The position numbers and the translations under genes are program-made. DNA of 64,000 nt from Oculina patagonica (lineage: Eukaryota), in NCBI RefSeq assembly GCF_052425735.1, contig NC_135761.1, positions 26,412,001 to 26,476,000 of the forward strand, given 5' to 3'. The notes under the pieces are model-generated. The model was not told the DNA's origin and searched no databases. It saw only the letters and a list, made by a program, of their open reading frames with translations. Below, in pieces: positions 1 to 13,879 of the stretch (position 1 is the first letter of the stretch; every line of letters starts with the position of its first letter).

Positions 1-1050
1 AGAGATAGGATCATAATAGGAATCCGAGAAAAAGTTACAAAGCTATGACTACTCAAAGAAGGTAGTTTGGATCTAGACAAGACGCTCAGTATTTGCAGAT
101 CGAATGAAGCAGTGACCAAACATCTCAATTTTATGATACAGCTGGAGCAAAGCCAAACAAACGAGCAAGTCAACGCCGTTGGCACTCAAGCAAAATAACC
201 AAATGGCAAATGGTGACCCGACAAGAAGCCTGACAAGAAAAAAAGATGCAAAAAACATGAAGAAGACTTGCAGCAGATGTAGGCGGACCAAAGAAACATA
301 AAAAAGAATGTTAAGCATATGGTCAAACATGTCTGGTGTGTTCGAAGTCAAATTACTTTGCATCTGTCTGTTTTCAGAAAAACGAAACAGCAGGAGAAAA
401 GACAGCACTGAAAGATCACAAAAGAGTACAGCAAGTTACAGAAACCAATAAATCCGAGGAGGAAGAGACCAATAGTGGAGAGTCGCTTTTTAAAGTGGAA
501 AAAGTCTCCAGTGTGAAGACATCAGGCAAGCAGTTCAACGCCAAGATAACCTTTTAAAACCAAGAAGAGTTAAACTTCACCGAGTTAAAATGTCAGTTAT
601 ACGCCGGTGCCACGTGCAATGTGATGGGGCTCTGTGACTTGGCAGTCATAAACCAAAAAAACGGGAAATCCCCCACTCAGAAGCAGTAAAGTGAAACTTT
701 GATTGTTCCCTCATGAAGCCTTATGGCATAGCCACCATGAAGATACACTTAAACAATACAACCAAAGAGTTAGTTTTCCAGATTGTAAACACCACAAAAA
801 TGCCTCTATCTGCCGAAACCTGTGGGAAACTGGGACTGCTAAAGCTTACCATCCCAGACACAGTACAAGTAAACAGCGTGGGTCCAGAGCCAGTAAAGTT
901 GAGCGCTCAGATGACCAAAGAGAAAATCGTGACAGAATACAAGAATGTGTTTAAAGGCCTTGGCCACATAGGATCCCAGCAGTTTTGTTATCGAACCAAA
1001 TAACCCCCCAGAGAAGACTGCACAGTTGGAGAAGAAAGAGATCATACAAA
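1..1050 (+). pseudogene. Gypsy LTR retrotransposon gag-protease fragment (frameshifted)
   Basis: RDRIIIGI..., Zn-knuckle-like C..C/SKSNYFASVC, protease-like CQLYAGATCNVM (degenerate DTGA), PLSAETCGKLGLL, EYKNVFKGLG; split across frames. Confidence 0.7.
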
Positions 1051-1082
1051 AGGAGGTCAAACCCACTGCCTGGTTTTATAGT

Positions 1083-1223
1083 ATTGCTGTTTTTCACTGC
1101 CACGCAAGTAACGATACTGTCACGCGCTGCAAATAATAAATCCAAAACTATTGAGTCAAAAATATCAAGAAAATTACTTCGTGTCCAAGTTTCAGGTCTG
1201 TACGGTATGCCGTACTCGAGTTA
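1083..1223 (+). mobile_element. Left-end fragment of the MITE family also present at 32884-33482
   Basis: attgctgtttttcactgccacgc...tccaagtttcaggtctgtacgg...tcgagtta resembles the start of the 32884 element. Confidence 0.6.
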
Positions 1224-1224
1224 T

Positions 1225-1560
1225 TGTGTGCTAAGTTCTCATTTGTGTTCGCTTTCTCAATTTATTTTTCACCCAGGTCTTGGGTGACCTCTTATGTTGC
1301 CTTGCATTGAGTACTTCTCCTGTCAAGGATTCGCCTTTAGCTACCTCAATAGTCTTCCTAGGTGTTCTCGTTAATAATACTACTGACAGCTTTTCAGAGC
1401 TTCACTCACACTTCGCATCTCTGCTCTCTGCGACACGCATTCATGACACGACTTGCACTCTTTGCTTGGCATTGTCTTTTGTCACCTCCTGTGTACGTCT
1501 GGCACACATTTTTATGTCGTGACTACTTTACACCCTGGACGGCAGCGTCTTTTTTTTGAG
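1225..1560 (+). pseudogene. DIRS-like RT/RNase H fragment
   Basis: LGDLLCCLALSTSPVKDSPLATSIVFLGVLVN resembles the DIRS RT thumb region; later LSFVTSCVR. Confidence 0.5.
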
Positions 1561-1592
1561 TAGGCTGCCTGAACTCTCCGCTTTTCAACTAA

Positions 1593-4500
1593 ATGGAGGA
1601 AAAATGTGAAGAAACACCGCGTTCTATTGGAGGGAAGCGGTGTGAAAGACCTAGTTGCAGCAGCTTGCCCGAAATACTGCCAAATAAATCCACAAAAACC
1701 TCCGAGTACTTGATGGCCGAACAAAACGATCTGGCAGGTATCTGGAGTGCGCTTAACAAAATTCAAAGAAATAAGGACGAGCTTCTCAAAGAGAATCAAG
1801 CACTCTGCGACTTATACAACGAGCTACAAAGGTCACTTGAATTCCATATCAGTAAAAGCTTAGAGGCGAACATCGAAGCTTTGAAGACTGAGGTGAACTC
1901 CCTCAAACAAGCAGTTCGAACAGTCGAAGACTAAATCGATGAACTATGTCAAAAAAATTAATGATCTCAGCAGCGATTTCGAAACCGCCATCAATCAAAT
2001 AGACGATTTGGAACAGTATACTAGAAAGCACAACCTTGAAATCCACGGCATCGCCGAGTCGCCGGAAGAAAACGTCGCTGAGAAAGTTATCAAGCTTGCC
2101 AAAGTGGTCAACGTTTAATTAATCTAATTTTGCGAAGAGTTTTGTGGGAGGGTGTTGAGCGTCTTGGCATAGCAACCGATGCTATTCAACTTTTCCCTCC
2201 TGGTGTCAGATGTAGCGTACTTTTATTTTTATTTACAATCCAGTCTCACCTAATGTTTTCCTTGGTTAATTGCAGTGTGCATACCATTCTTATAAACGCT
2301 CCTATTGCTAAGCTAAACGCTATCGTATTGCTGCAGAGTGTGGTACACGAATGTTTTATGGGAAAGAAATTTAAAAATCTAACCTACACATGGACTTAAA
2401 TGCAGTTTCCTTTAATGCAAGAGGCCTTAACAAATCCATCAAAAGAAGAAAGCTATTTTGGTGGCTCCATCTTAAAAAATTTGACGTTATTTTCCTTCAA
2501 GAGACATACAGCGACACTAGTTTGGAGGCTTTCTGGTGAGCTGAGTGGGGCAGTAAAATGTTTTTCGCGCACAGCTCGAAACATAGCAGAGGTGTTATGA
2601 TCCTTCTCAGACCCTCCATATGTAAAGAGGTGACTAATGTTACACGAGAAGACGAATTTTGCTTTGTTAATATTTACACCCCAAATAACCAAACCCAGCA
2701 AATTGCTGTCTTTAAAAAGATGACCGAATCAATCCGCGAATGCCAAACCGACAATTAATTAAACCAGAGGTAACACAGAAAAAGAAGAGGTCCTGGTTAC
2801 TGGAAGTTCAACAATTCTCTTCTGGAGAACGAAGAGTTTGTCACAAAAATAGCCTTACTATAAAACATCGCAGTGAGAAACACAAAGGTATTGCTGACAA
2901 AAGGCTTTACTGGGAAATGTTAAAAAGTGGAGATTCGGATGTTCGCTATCCGTTTTGCTAAAAGGAAAGCTAATGCAGAAAGAAACACCGAGCAAAACCT
3001 TTCTCAAAAATTGACGCTTCCCCACAAGACACTTCTCTTGTAAACGAGGCAAAGAAACTCAAAATCGAATTAGATGAAATCGCTGTGCAGAAAACCAAAG
3101 GCTCCATTATTTGGAGCAGAGCAAGATGGTACGAGATGGGTGAGAAATGTAACAAATACTTCTATAACCTAGAAAAAAGAAGTTATGAAAAACGACATAT
3201 CACCCGAGGGTATTACTGTTAAGGACCCAACGTCCATTCTAAGCGCCATTAAAAGCTTTTACAAGCAGCTTTATACATCTCAGAAACAGCTAGCACCTGC
3301 AGACTCATTATCTTTCTGTGAATATCAATCTCTACCTAGACTGGATGACGAGAAACAAAGCCTTTGCGAAGGTTTAATAACCGCAGAAGAATGCCTCGCC
3401 GCATTAAAAACTTTTCAACACAACAAGTCGCCAGGCAGAGTTCCAGAGTTCTACCTATGCTACTGGAAGGAGCTGTCGGGCCCTCTGATTGAATGTCTCA
3501 ATCATGGCGCCTTACTGGGAGAGCTTTCTATATCGCAGAGACGAGGAACTATTTCCCTGATCCCGAAAAAGAACAAGGATCCTTTACTGGCGCCCTCTCT
3601 CTCTCTTAAATACCGACTAAATGACAAAAATGTATTGCAAGGCGTTTAGAGAAGGTACTCCCTCTGTTAATTGAGCGGGACCAAACGGGGTACATTAAAG
3701 GCAGATTCATCGGTGAAAATATCCGTCTAATTACAGACATAATTGAACAACATGAGAATAAGGAAGGTTTGATACTCTTTCTAGATTTTGAAAAGGCCTT
3801 TTACTCCTTAGAGTGGGACTACCTTTTTAAGGTCCTCAACATTATGAACTTTGTGGTCCAAGTTTCCTTAAATGGATTCGCACATTATATAGCAATATTT
3901 CTAGTTACAAAGAGGAGTGAGACAAGGGTGTCCTCTTTCGGGAGTGCTTTTTATTCTCGCTTTAGAACCACTCGCACACCAAATAAGAATCACTGATTCC
4001 ATTCGAAAACGGGAATAAGATCACTAAACTTAGTTTGTATGCAGATGACACCACCGCTTTCATCCGCGACGACTCTTTTACCAGGTCTGAAAATTAATAG
4101 ATCAAAAACTGAGGGTCTGTGGCTAGGTCGTTGGAAAAGCAGATTAGGATAAAGACGAGCCTTTTGGCATTTCGTGGCCGAAAGAATATGTCACTGCACT
4201 TGGAATAAGTTTCCAAGTGAGAAACTTGCCAACATCTGGTGTAAAAGACATCTAACCATCTTAGGCAGAATAGCCATCGTAAAGAATTTAGCCAAACTTG
4301 TTTATTCTGCCGAATTCATAAAAGAGGTCAACAGCATCATCTTCTCCTTTATCTGGAATTTCAAACCTGATAAAATTGAGAGGAAAACGTTGATTGGCCC
4401 AGTCTGCAAAGGGGGTCTAAATATGAGTAACTTTGAAGATGTTGTAAAATCACTCAAGATTACCTGGGTTAATGGTTATTGCGAATCGGCCGGCAGTCAC

Positions 4501-5637
4501 TGGTGTGCCCGCCTTAAATCCTTATTAAGTTAAGTCAGAGGAGCTTTTCTACCACCTTTCTATAAAAATATTCTAAAGCTGTGGCGAGAATTAAATTACA
4601 AGGAACCGCTTAATGCAAATGAATTAAAACAAGAACTTTTATGGAACAACCGGTTTATAAGGACGAATGGTAAAACGATGTATTATAAAACATGGGTAAA
4701 TAAAGACATCTTAAAAATAAGTGATCTCCTCGACAATCACGACCAATTCCTCTTGTTCGAATATTTTAAAGCGAAAATTCAGCATTCAATGCACTTTTTC
4801 TTTGACTACGCCAGAGTTCTCGCGGCTATCCCTAAAGCGTGATAAAGAAAAATCACGTGTGGTGTTAGCGAACTCCCAAAAGTTGATTCAAATAGCGATG
4901 ATATTGTCTCTGCAAAAAAGCCCGTTTGATGCTTGCGGAAAGGTCCTTCTCTCCCCCTACCGCCAAAATCACTCTTAGAAATCAAGTAACAAACTTAAAG
5001 GATGTCTAAGAACTTCCATTTGGAATCACCGCTGCAAATAGATTAAGAAGCTTTCAGCATAAACTCATACACAACATCATACCTACCAATCTCTCACTCC
5101 ATAGAATGAAAATAAAAGAGTCACCACATTACGAACACTGCCACTGTCAAAATGAAACACTTCTCCATAGCTTTCGTACCACTGTTTAAGTAAAAGAGCC
5201 AGGTTAAGGTGCATTTTCTTTGTCTGTTATATTTATCCTTTTTCATTTTAGTTACATTAGATCTGTTGTTATAGTGAGTAGCTTCATTAGTTTAGTGACA
5301 ATTTCAGTATTTTTGTAAGTGCAGTTTAAGTTCTGTCAATTAGCTCTTGTGCCATGTATAGTTTTATAGTCTTTTAGTCTCTTTTGTATTTAAAAAATAT
5401 ATATTTTACTGTAAGTAGTTCAAATATGGTATTATAAGAACTATAAGTATCACATTGTAAGTAGTGTAAGTGTTGTAAATAGTATACAGTGTCGAATTGT
5501 AAGAAGCGCTAGTGTTGTATTGTATTGTGTACAGCTTAAGTATTTGTACAATAAGTAGTGAGTAGTGGACATACTTTTTTGTATTTTTGTAAGTGATGTG
5601 TTTTTTGTGTTTGCAATAAAAAGTAAAAAATAAAAAT
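1593..5637 (+). mobile_element. Decayed Tx1/L1-like non-LTR retrotransposon (ORF1-like 1593-2118; APE-RT ORF2 ~2390-5170; AT/GT-rich 3' UTR and A-tail)
   Basis: Coiled coil plus LEQYTRKHNLEIHGI; APE SFNARGLNKSIKR and DVIFLQETYS; RT NKSPG, ILFLDFEKAF, RGVRQGCPLS, YADD; AATAAA at 5615-5620 and A-rich tail. ORF1 may belong to a different LINE. Confidence 0.85.
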
Positions 5638-5929
5638 ACTGGTCAGCCAAATACTGCCCGCTTTCCAGCGTTAACCACTACAATGGTGTCTTGATCACTG
5701 AGGCTTCGCCTTGGCTTGACGATCGTTCATTCCTCTCCAGGGGTGCCTGCAGCACCGGCACAGGTGGCTATTTCAACAGACAGAATGTTTACACCCCTTT
5801 CCCTGCTCTATTCTATGCCGGTTAGGACACGACATTAACATCTTGGAACTGTTGACAATCATGGTAATGCTTTAGCTCTGGGGTCAACTTCTGAGCAACA
5901 AGCATGTTATTTTGCAGTGTGATAATGAG

Positions 5930-6210
5930 AACAGAACAGGATCGTAGGTTCATAGCTAAGGCCAGACAAATCGCTGCATCTTCGATGAAGCAGACTTTAT
6001 GGGGACGAGACAGACAGCGACAATGATGACCCTAGTCCTGGTTCTGGCACTCACGTCTTCCGCATACAGACCCGCCAGTCACCATACCTTGATATGTTCC
6101 ATGCACACCACCCAGTGCACATAACCATTGACAGTGGTGCCACAGGAAACATGATTCTTCACACTATCGTTCAATGCCTTGGCTGCCACGAGACACCCAG
6201 TTCTCAATCC
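5930..6210 (+). pseudogene. Gypsy aspartic protease fragment
   Basis: [31 protein letters not shown] (DSGA motif). Confidence 0.65.
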
Positions 6211-6539
6211 GTAGAAGATTACTGTTATCGTTGTATGGTCATTTGCTTCTCTTTGCAAGTTTTGTCGCATTGTTATGTTTCCTTTTTTTACAAAGTGTCA
6301 CCAATAAGAATAGTTTCTCCTCCGTAGTTTCGTTTTTACCCACCCTTGCCATTATGTAATTTATTTTTTCCTAGAATTATCACGCTGGTACGGGTCGTAT
6401 GTATGTTTGTACCTGTTCAGCAAATAACTTATCAAGAGCGTGAAATATACTAGTTGTGCCTGTAGTGTTCGCTGTGTTTTGGTTAGCGGCTACATATCAT
6501 TCTTATCGACTCTTTGACCTGTGTTTGTGGAGGACAACG

Positions 6540-7190
6540 TCAAGGATGGCTAAAAGAGACAAGATGTTGGACTTTATAAGATATTTGGCTTTATCTGATG
6601 AGGATCGGTCAGGATCAGCTCCGATTCCGCCTCTTCAGCCTAAGAAAGATTTCCCAAAGATAAACCCAAAGAAGTAGACGATGCCCCAGAGGAGCAAAGT
6701 ATTTCAAAGGTTCAGCAGGAAGCTTTGAAAAGACACGACAAGGCAGTACATCGTCTTATGGCCTCTGGTCTTGAGAAGATTGAGATGCCCAAAAGAGGGT
6801 TTCTTACTTTTGATGGTGACCCAAAGAGATGCCCTCAGTTTATTAAGAGTTTCAAGATAAACATGCAACGAGTAGAAAAGGACAGCGAAAAACTCTCTTA
6901 CCTAATACAGTACTGCAAGGGTGCTGCAAAGGATGCTATCGAGAACAGTTTGATGTTACCACCTGACGAAGGTTACAAAGAAGCAAAAGAGATCTTATGT
7001 AAGAACTTGGTTAGAAGCATACTGTGTTGAGAGCGTTCATCAACAAGGTTGTCAAAGGACCTCAGATTCGTGCCTGGGAGTCAGAGAAATTAAGTCAATT
7101 GGCTCGTGACATGACGAGCTGCGCCCTGAACTCAGAGCCCATGCATTACAAAGCGACATTAATTCTATGGACACGCTTAAGAGGATAGTT
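6540..7190 (+). pseudogene. BEL/Pao gag fragment (DUF1759-like)
   Basis: FDGDPKRCPQFIKSF...EKLSYLIQYCKGAAKDAIENSLMLPPDEGYKEAKEIL. Confidence 0.75.
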
Positions 7191-7949
7191 ACAATTGTCC
7201 ACTGTGAGGGTGTTTTGAGGGCTTATTTAGCATAGGGCCAGGATAAGTAGATGTAACGAAAATTAAAGTAAAATGAACAAAACATTATTTTAAAAAGTAC
7301 ATCGCCACCCCCACTCCACCCCATCTCAAATGCATGACACGACCAAATGTTTTCTCCGTGTCTTCTTTTTGTTCATACCCTCCCCCTTATACCATAAGGG
7401 GATACACGCGCTCTCACACAGCACTCACTCGTCCATGTAGAAGGGAAAGAAAACAATTTTGTCTAGTTAGACAATTTGCACAATTCGCAAGATCGTCTCC
7501 CCCCACAGGAGTCGATTACCCTGACTATATAGTACACATATTGGCAGTTCCTCTTTTTCTCAATCCTTGTAGCTTTGCTTGCAATGGTTGCCACCAATGA
7601 CAAATCAACTGACCTGGCTGCTGACAAAAGAACGCCCAAGTGCCTGGGCTACAAACTGCCTCATAATGTACACTTATTCAGTGACTCTGGACCTTGCCTG
7701 TTGACAATAGCACTTCAGGCCTAGACACCTCGACTTAACAGTCAAATGGAGGAGAAAACAAAAAATCCTTCAAATTGATACATCAGATGCCACTGGACGC
7801 TTTGATCGCAGGACAACAAACAAAACAAAATGGCGGTTTCCCTTTCCTGGACATGGGCTGCGGGCTCGGCGGCAAACCTGACTGCTCAGATGAACCTTGT
7901 TGGACCATTGACGGGACCTTTGGCAGCGCAAGAGTCCATCTGCTGACTC

Positions 7950-8720
7950 TCTATGGCCTCTCCCCTCAACAAAAATCTTTGGCTGACAGAACGTTTTGGC
8001 AACACGGATCAAGCATTCCTTTCTGATGGCATTTGCAATGGCTTTAAGTTGGCTCCAGTAGATTGCAATTTCGTACCAGAGCGTCAGGGAAGTATAAGTC
8101 AGCAACTTGTGCAGAGCAAAAAATAGCAGTTGAGGAAACTATCTTGGATGAGATTGCAGAGGGCAACTACGTTATCACTGATGTTAAACCTACTATTGTC
8201 AGTGCATTAGGAGCTATTCCTACACCTAATTCCTTTAGAAGTGTGCCTAATTCACGACTGCTCCCGTCCTGTGGGTGGGCACTTAATGACTTAATGACAA
8301 AGTTGCAAACTTTGGAAATAGTAATGCTTTGGATGATGCAATAAAATTGCTAAGGCCAACATATTTCATGGCAAAAATCGATCTGAGGCATACATACAGA
8401 TCGGTTCGCAATCACAAAAGTAACTTTTTAGCAACAGGCTTGCCATGGCAGTGTTCAGGGCAACCTAATTCCACTTATTTCTTCTACACTCAGCTTCCTT
8501 TTTGTGCCAAAAGCTCACCTGAAATTATTCACCGTCTGACACAGTCTGTGCGGCTCATGGTCAGTCATGGCTTCCAGGCAGTTGTTGTCTACCTAGATGA
8601 CTTTCTCATCATAGGAAAGTCCAAGGAAGAATGTCAAGAATCTTTCTCAGTACTTTTAAAGCTGCTCTAGGACCTGCACTTTCAAATCAGCTGGCGCAAG
8701 GTCATTGGCACAACACAGAA
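7950..8720 (+). pseudogene. DIRS/Ngaro-type reverse transcriptase fragment
   Basis: KPTIVSALGAIP, LIHDCSRP, FMAKIDLRHTYRSV, LPFCAKSSPEI, VVYLDDFLIIG. Confidence 0.8.
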
Positions 8721-10149
8721 GCTTTACAAGTCTAATTGGGCCTGTTGCTTAAAGGAGTAGTGTTAGGCCGTTTATATGGAGGAGAGTTGTCCATGGTAGG
8801 AGGGTTACCCTCTCCCCCGAGCCACTTTTTGTCGACTTAATACGAGAAACGTTGTCGGAGTTGTCAGTGCTGACCGAGCCAAAACTTGGTTTTTTGGTTA
8901 AAAAGACTGGCAAGAATTTTTTGAAACATCTTATATGGTGGCCACCAAAACACAACCAAACACTTAACAATAACTGCTTACAACCCTTCACTAAAGTAAT
9001 GCTGTTTTTAGATTAGTATTCCGGTATTCTAGCGTTCCAGCAGTCCTGAGCTTCATTACAGTGGCCAATATGGCGGATGTAAGGAAGATGTCCAAGATTA
9101 TATTAGCGATACCTTTATCATCAAACCTTTTATTGGCATTATCATGCCCAAGCCAAATTCTTTTGTACCATCTGTTGCAGCTGAATAACCAACAAGAATT
9201 TTTAATGGCAGAGCTTGCAGCAAGGGAAAATGATTTTGTTTGTAAAGCCAGGCAAAAGCAGCATAAAATCTGTGTGGAAAACATGTATTGGCTTTTCTTG
9301 TATTAGAACCTTCACATTTCATTTCTGCAGATAATTTGTGTTAAAAATATTTCTTAAGATCAAGATATATATAATAAATACACTGATCAGTACACAGGTG
9401 GATGGCTTGAACAATAAACGTGAATTCATGAAAGTGTAATTTCTTGCTGTAGGATCAAATTATCAGATGAACTATAAGTGGTAAGAACTTTTCAAAGACA
9501 ATGATACTAACAAAAAACCTATACATTGTACAAACTCAGAACAAAATAGAGATTATCAAATGAATTTACTCAATTTACAGTATCTATTATACTGTATAAT
9601 GCAGGTCCGCTCAGTGGAGTGTTGGCACAGATACACACCAAACAATGCAAATCTTTTGTAGCCAAAGCCGAGCCAAAAGCCACGCCCAGTACATCCTATT
9701 CTCAGTTGGAGCCTCCTTGTACCTTGGCAGTCAGTGTTGATGGAGTGAGAATTCCTGGCACTCCTGTACCAACAATAGAAGGCGTCTGGTCTACAATTGT
9801 AATTGTTGCAGTGACAATTGTTTCAAAATCAGATGTTATAACTCAATATTACACCTCGCTGAAGTAATTTTCTCTGGACATACTTTTAGTTTTTAAAATA
9901 AAAACGGCAGTGTTCTGTTCTTTGATGCCTCGCTACCAATAGAGTCAGACAAATACATCTATTGCAGCCAGTATTCATCGTTGATCACAACGAGGAGGCA
10001 CATACTGTAAATAAAATGCTCTTTGAGTGTTAAAACCCATTCTACCAAGTGCCATCTAACTAAAGTGATCCTCCAATGCATGTCAATTGTGACATTGATC
10101 ATCATTCATTCGCTCTGAACCCTCAACGTTAGATAAAGCCCTGTCTGAA

Positions 10150-10690
10150 GCTTTGGAACTTGAAGCTTTAGAACTTAGAGCTGTTAGAATGAGAGAAAGT
10201 GTTGTGAATGAAGTATCAACCATTGGGAAAGGAATTTACCAAGAGCAAAACCTTCCTCTACCGCGCTGGGTCCCAGAGCTTTCAACTATGATTGCATCGG
10301 CTATAGCAAAAGCGGCAGCCAAAGCAGTGGCTAATGCTATCCCTTCAAGTAGTGTTCAAGGGAACTATAGGCCTTCCTAGTTCAGACCAGCGAATGGCAT
10401 GGGTAGAAGGTGTTGGTCATGTGGGTCTATGTATCAATTTCAGAGGAACTGCCCGCAGGAAAACTTCCGCAGGGCGGGGGACAAATCGTAAACATGAGTC
10501 GCTCCCTGCCTGAAGACCAAGTACCAGTGTTGGGCATTAGCTCTATCCAACCTAATGTGTTGCTGCTGCGTTGTCACAAGTTCAAGACAGCGAGGAGCGT
10601 CCAATTGCATATGCTGCTAAGGCCCTGACAAAATCACAAAAAAAATGGGCACCAACCAAGATTGAGATGTATGCGCTAGTGTTCGCCCAA
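10150..10690 (+). pseudogene. Gypsy gag zinc knuckle and RNase H fragments
   Basis: CWSCGSMYQFQRNCP knuckle (~10405-10455); SQVQDSEERPIAYAAKALTKSQKKWAPTKIEMYALVFA. Confidence 0.7.
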
Positions 10691-12570
10691 GCCATGCAGC
10701 GTCTACAAGGGCTGCTGAAGATGTTCACCAGGAAACCTAAAATGAAGGCAGAATATCTGGAGTTTATGGGCAAGGTAATTGAGAAGGGCCACGCCCTTTC
10801 GGTCCCACGTGATGATGACCAGCCTCCCCCTGGACGTTCCTGGTACTTGCTGCACTTTGTGACATACCATAACACCAAGCACACCATCCGCGTTGTGTTT
10901 GATTCGTCAAACAAATGCTCTTACCTGTCCCTGACCCGATGAACAACCTCATTGGTGTTCTAATGCGCTTTCCCAAGGAGAAGGTTGAAGTAATGTGCGA
11001 CGTAGAACAAATGTTCTATTCATTCCACGTGGACCCAGCACACAGAGACTTCCTTTGTTTCCTGTGGTTCGAAGGAAATGACCCATTGAAGCCCATCACA
11101 CAATATCGTATGAACGTTCACCTGTTTGGCAACGGTTTGAGCCCCGCAGTTGCCATGTATGGACTTCGCAGAACAGGGGTAGATGGTGAGGAGGAGTATG
11201 GCGAGGAGGCCAAGAATTTCATATACCGCAATTTCTATGTCGATGTTGATTTGGCTTTGCTGCCGACCGCCCAAAGGGCAGCCACTGCTAAGCTACAACT
11301 TTACAAAGTCGTCTCAAATTCAGTGAAAGTCATGGAAGCCTTCCCCGTCAAAGATCGAGCAAAAGATTGTGTGACCTCTACCTGCGCAATGATAGCCTGC
11401 CAGCGCAATGGTTGCTCTGAGTTTTCTGGGACTTGGAGTCAGACGCCTTCACCTTCAAGGCGTCTTTGCCAGAGAAACCATTCACCAGGAGAGGAGTCTT
11501 GTCTATCGTCAACTCTGTGTATGACCTGCTTGGTTTCATGGTACCTTTCATGCTTGAAGGGAGTCAGGATGCTATTGTAACTGAAGTTTATCTCTGCCAG
11601 TTCAACGAAGCAAATGAGATGTCCACATCTCTTGTCTACGGCCAAGCCAAAGTAGCCCCTGTAAAACCTACAAGCATTCCACGACTGGAATTGTGGGAGC
11701 AGTGTTAGCAGTTCAGAGGGTTGTCAAAGAAAGTGACATCACGATCTCCGAAGTGATATACTACACTGATTCGAAAGTGATGCTAGGCTACATCGCGAAC
11801 AAAAGCTATCGATTCTATGTCTATGTGGCCAACCGAGCCATGCTAAGCTTCTGAGGTGCGACCGAGGTACCAACTTTATTGGAGCCAAAATGGAGCTTGG
11901 GAAAGCAGCGTTCGAGCTTAACGAGGAGAAATTGGAGAAATTTGTGACAGATTACGGGTGCAAATGGGAGTTCAACCCTCCCCACGCATCACATTTTAGC
12001 AGTGTGTGGGAGAGGCAAATCAACACCATTCGACGTGTACTAGATGCCATGTTCACTGAACTAGGCAAAACCCAGCTAACACACGAGCTGCTAGTCACAC
12101 TTATGGCAGAAGTGGTAGCCATCGTTAACGCCAGGCCGATATCTGCGTTGCCGTCCGACCCAGATGACCCACAGCCGCTGTCTCCAGTGATGTTACTCAC
12201 CATGAAAACGCACCCAGCTGGACCCTCTCCAGGTCAGTTCCTATCCCCTGACATTGAAAGGGGTCAACGCAGAGCAGTTCTGGATGAGATGGCAATGGGA
12301 GTACCTTCAGAGCCTGCAGCCCCGACAGAAGTGGACAGAGACCCAGCGAGACCTGAGTGTTGGAGATTTCATCCTTGTGTGAGACGAGTTGCAGCACTGC
12401 AATGACTGGCCTCGAGGACGAGTCACTGAAGGAATAAGAAGCGAAGACGGCAGAGTGAGAAAAGCTAAGGTAGAAATTATCAAGGACGGAGAGAAGAAGG
12501 CCTACCTGCATGCTATTAAGGAGCTTATCGTGTTACTGACCGAGGACGGAGCAGATGACCTAAACTAATA
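10690..12570 (+). pseudogene. BEL/Pao pol (RT, RNase H/peptidase A17, integrase), internally deleted
   Basis: WYLLHF...IRVVFDSS, CDVEQMF, NFYVDVD, TRRGVLS, KPTSIPRLEL, WEFNPPHASHFSSVWERQI, AIVNARP. Confidence 0.9.
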
Positions 12571-12633
12571 CCAGACAAAACTCAAGGACAAACTGTACCT
12601 ATTTAGCAAGGATAAGTATCCTTGGGCGAGGAG

Positions 12634-13199
12634 TGTTATGATTGTTCAAAGAAAAGGATATCGTTTGTTGACATTTCATGATTTAATAATTACAGCTTTA
12701 TTTAGATTTCCCATCATTTTTTGACATTTTATTGTTAGTGTATTTAATCATTAATCGGAGCGTTTTGTACCATGTGATTTAGCTATCAATCTAGTTTAAA
12801 AGCCTGTCACTTACATTACCTACACAGTCATCAGAGTATTTGAGTGGAGTATCGAAGTCGTCGGAGTCAATTGGGAGTTTATTTGGAGTTTATACCGGAG
12901 TTACCTCTTTTGGAGTTTATTCGTTTACCTTTTTTACACAGGATCAGACGTGAGTTACCATTGTACATATTTATCACCTTTTTTGCTTTTTCTGATTTCT
13001 ATTTTTCCTTGTAATTCCTTTAGCCTTGTTTATGATTACACAATCGTAAATTGCTTTGTAGTTTTCACCGCATGTGTGCATAGTTAGAATAAAGTTTGTG
13101 GTTTTGTATTCTACACTGTGGTTGACACTTACCGTTCCCGAAAGTACATGGGAACGCGACACGACATCTAAACTACTTTTTAGCGTTTCATTGGTTACA
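12634..13199 (+). repeat. Probable 3' LTR of the BEL element
   Basis: Purine tract gggcgaggag directly before TGTTA at 12634; AATAAA ~13088; ends ...ttaca; right boundary approximate. Confidence 0.6.
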
Positions 13200-13879
13200 A
13201 GCATTTATTGGGCACCAGAAATTTTTACTTTGTCTAGGCATGTTACTGGTACACTGTAGATTTAACTCTATGTACTCGGGCTGGATTGCATTTTATAATA
13301 GCAGTTAGCTTTTGCAACATTGGCATCAAGTGTTTACGATTGTTTTCTTTGCAACATTGGCATCAAACATTTACAATTGGCATTTTCTATATACTTACAA
13401 TATGGCTGCAAAGAACGTACTGGGCTGAGCTTCAAGGACCAAGTTCAAAAATTTTTGTTATCTATCTGGGACAAATATCAAAAAGCGGGGGTTTTTTTTT
13501 TTAAGCCTTTTGGCTTCGGGGGCCGTTGTGGCGGGCGAGGCAACCATGCTGATGCAGATTGCGTAAAGGAAGATCAGCTGGATGAAGAAAAAGCCCTGGA
13601 GGAACAGTTTAAAAAGCTGACAGTGGCAGAGCAGGGGATCGCGAAGGCCAATCGTATCAAACAGCATAAATTGGCCATCGCTGAGCCAGAAAGAGATAAT
13701 AGATCTCAAACAAAAACGACTGCTGTCCTCCCAACAGACCAAGATTTCGCTGGCAAAAACTTTACCACCAACTATACCAGTGCTCTCATCGTTATCACAA
13801 GCTGCCGCATCAGAATCAGGCACAACCGTGCCTGTTTACTTGTCACTTTCGACTGTCAGTACAATGACAAGTTTCTCAC

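Noticed and set aside
6223-6540. 5' LTR pairing with 12634-13199
   Set aside because: Both start TGTTAT but no extended identity is visible.
9560-10080. Decayed minus-strand ORF of possible viral origin
   Set aside because: Stop frequency is about that of random sequence and no motif is recognisable.
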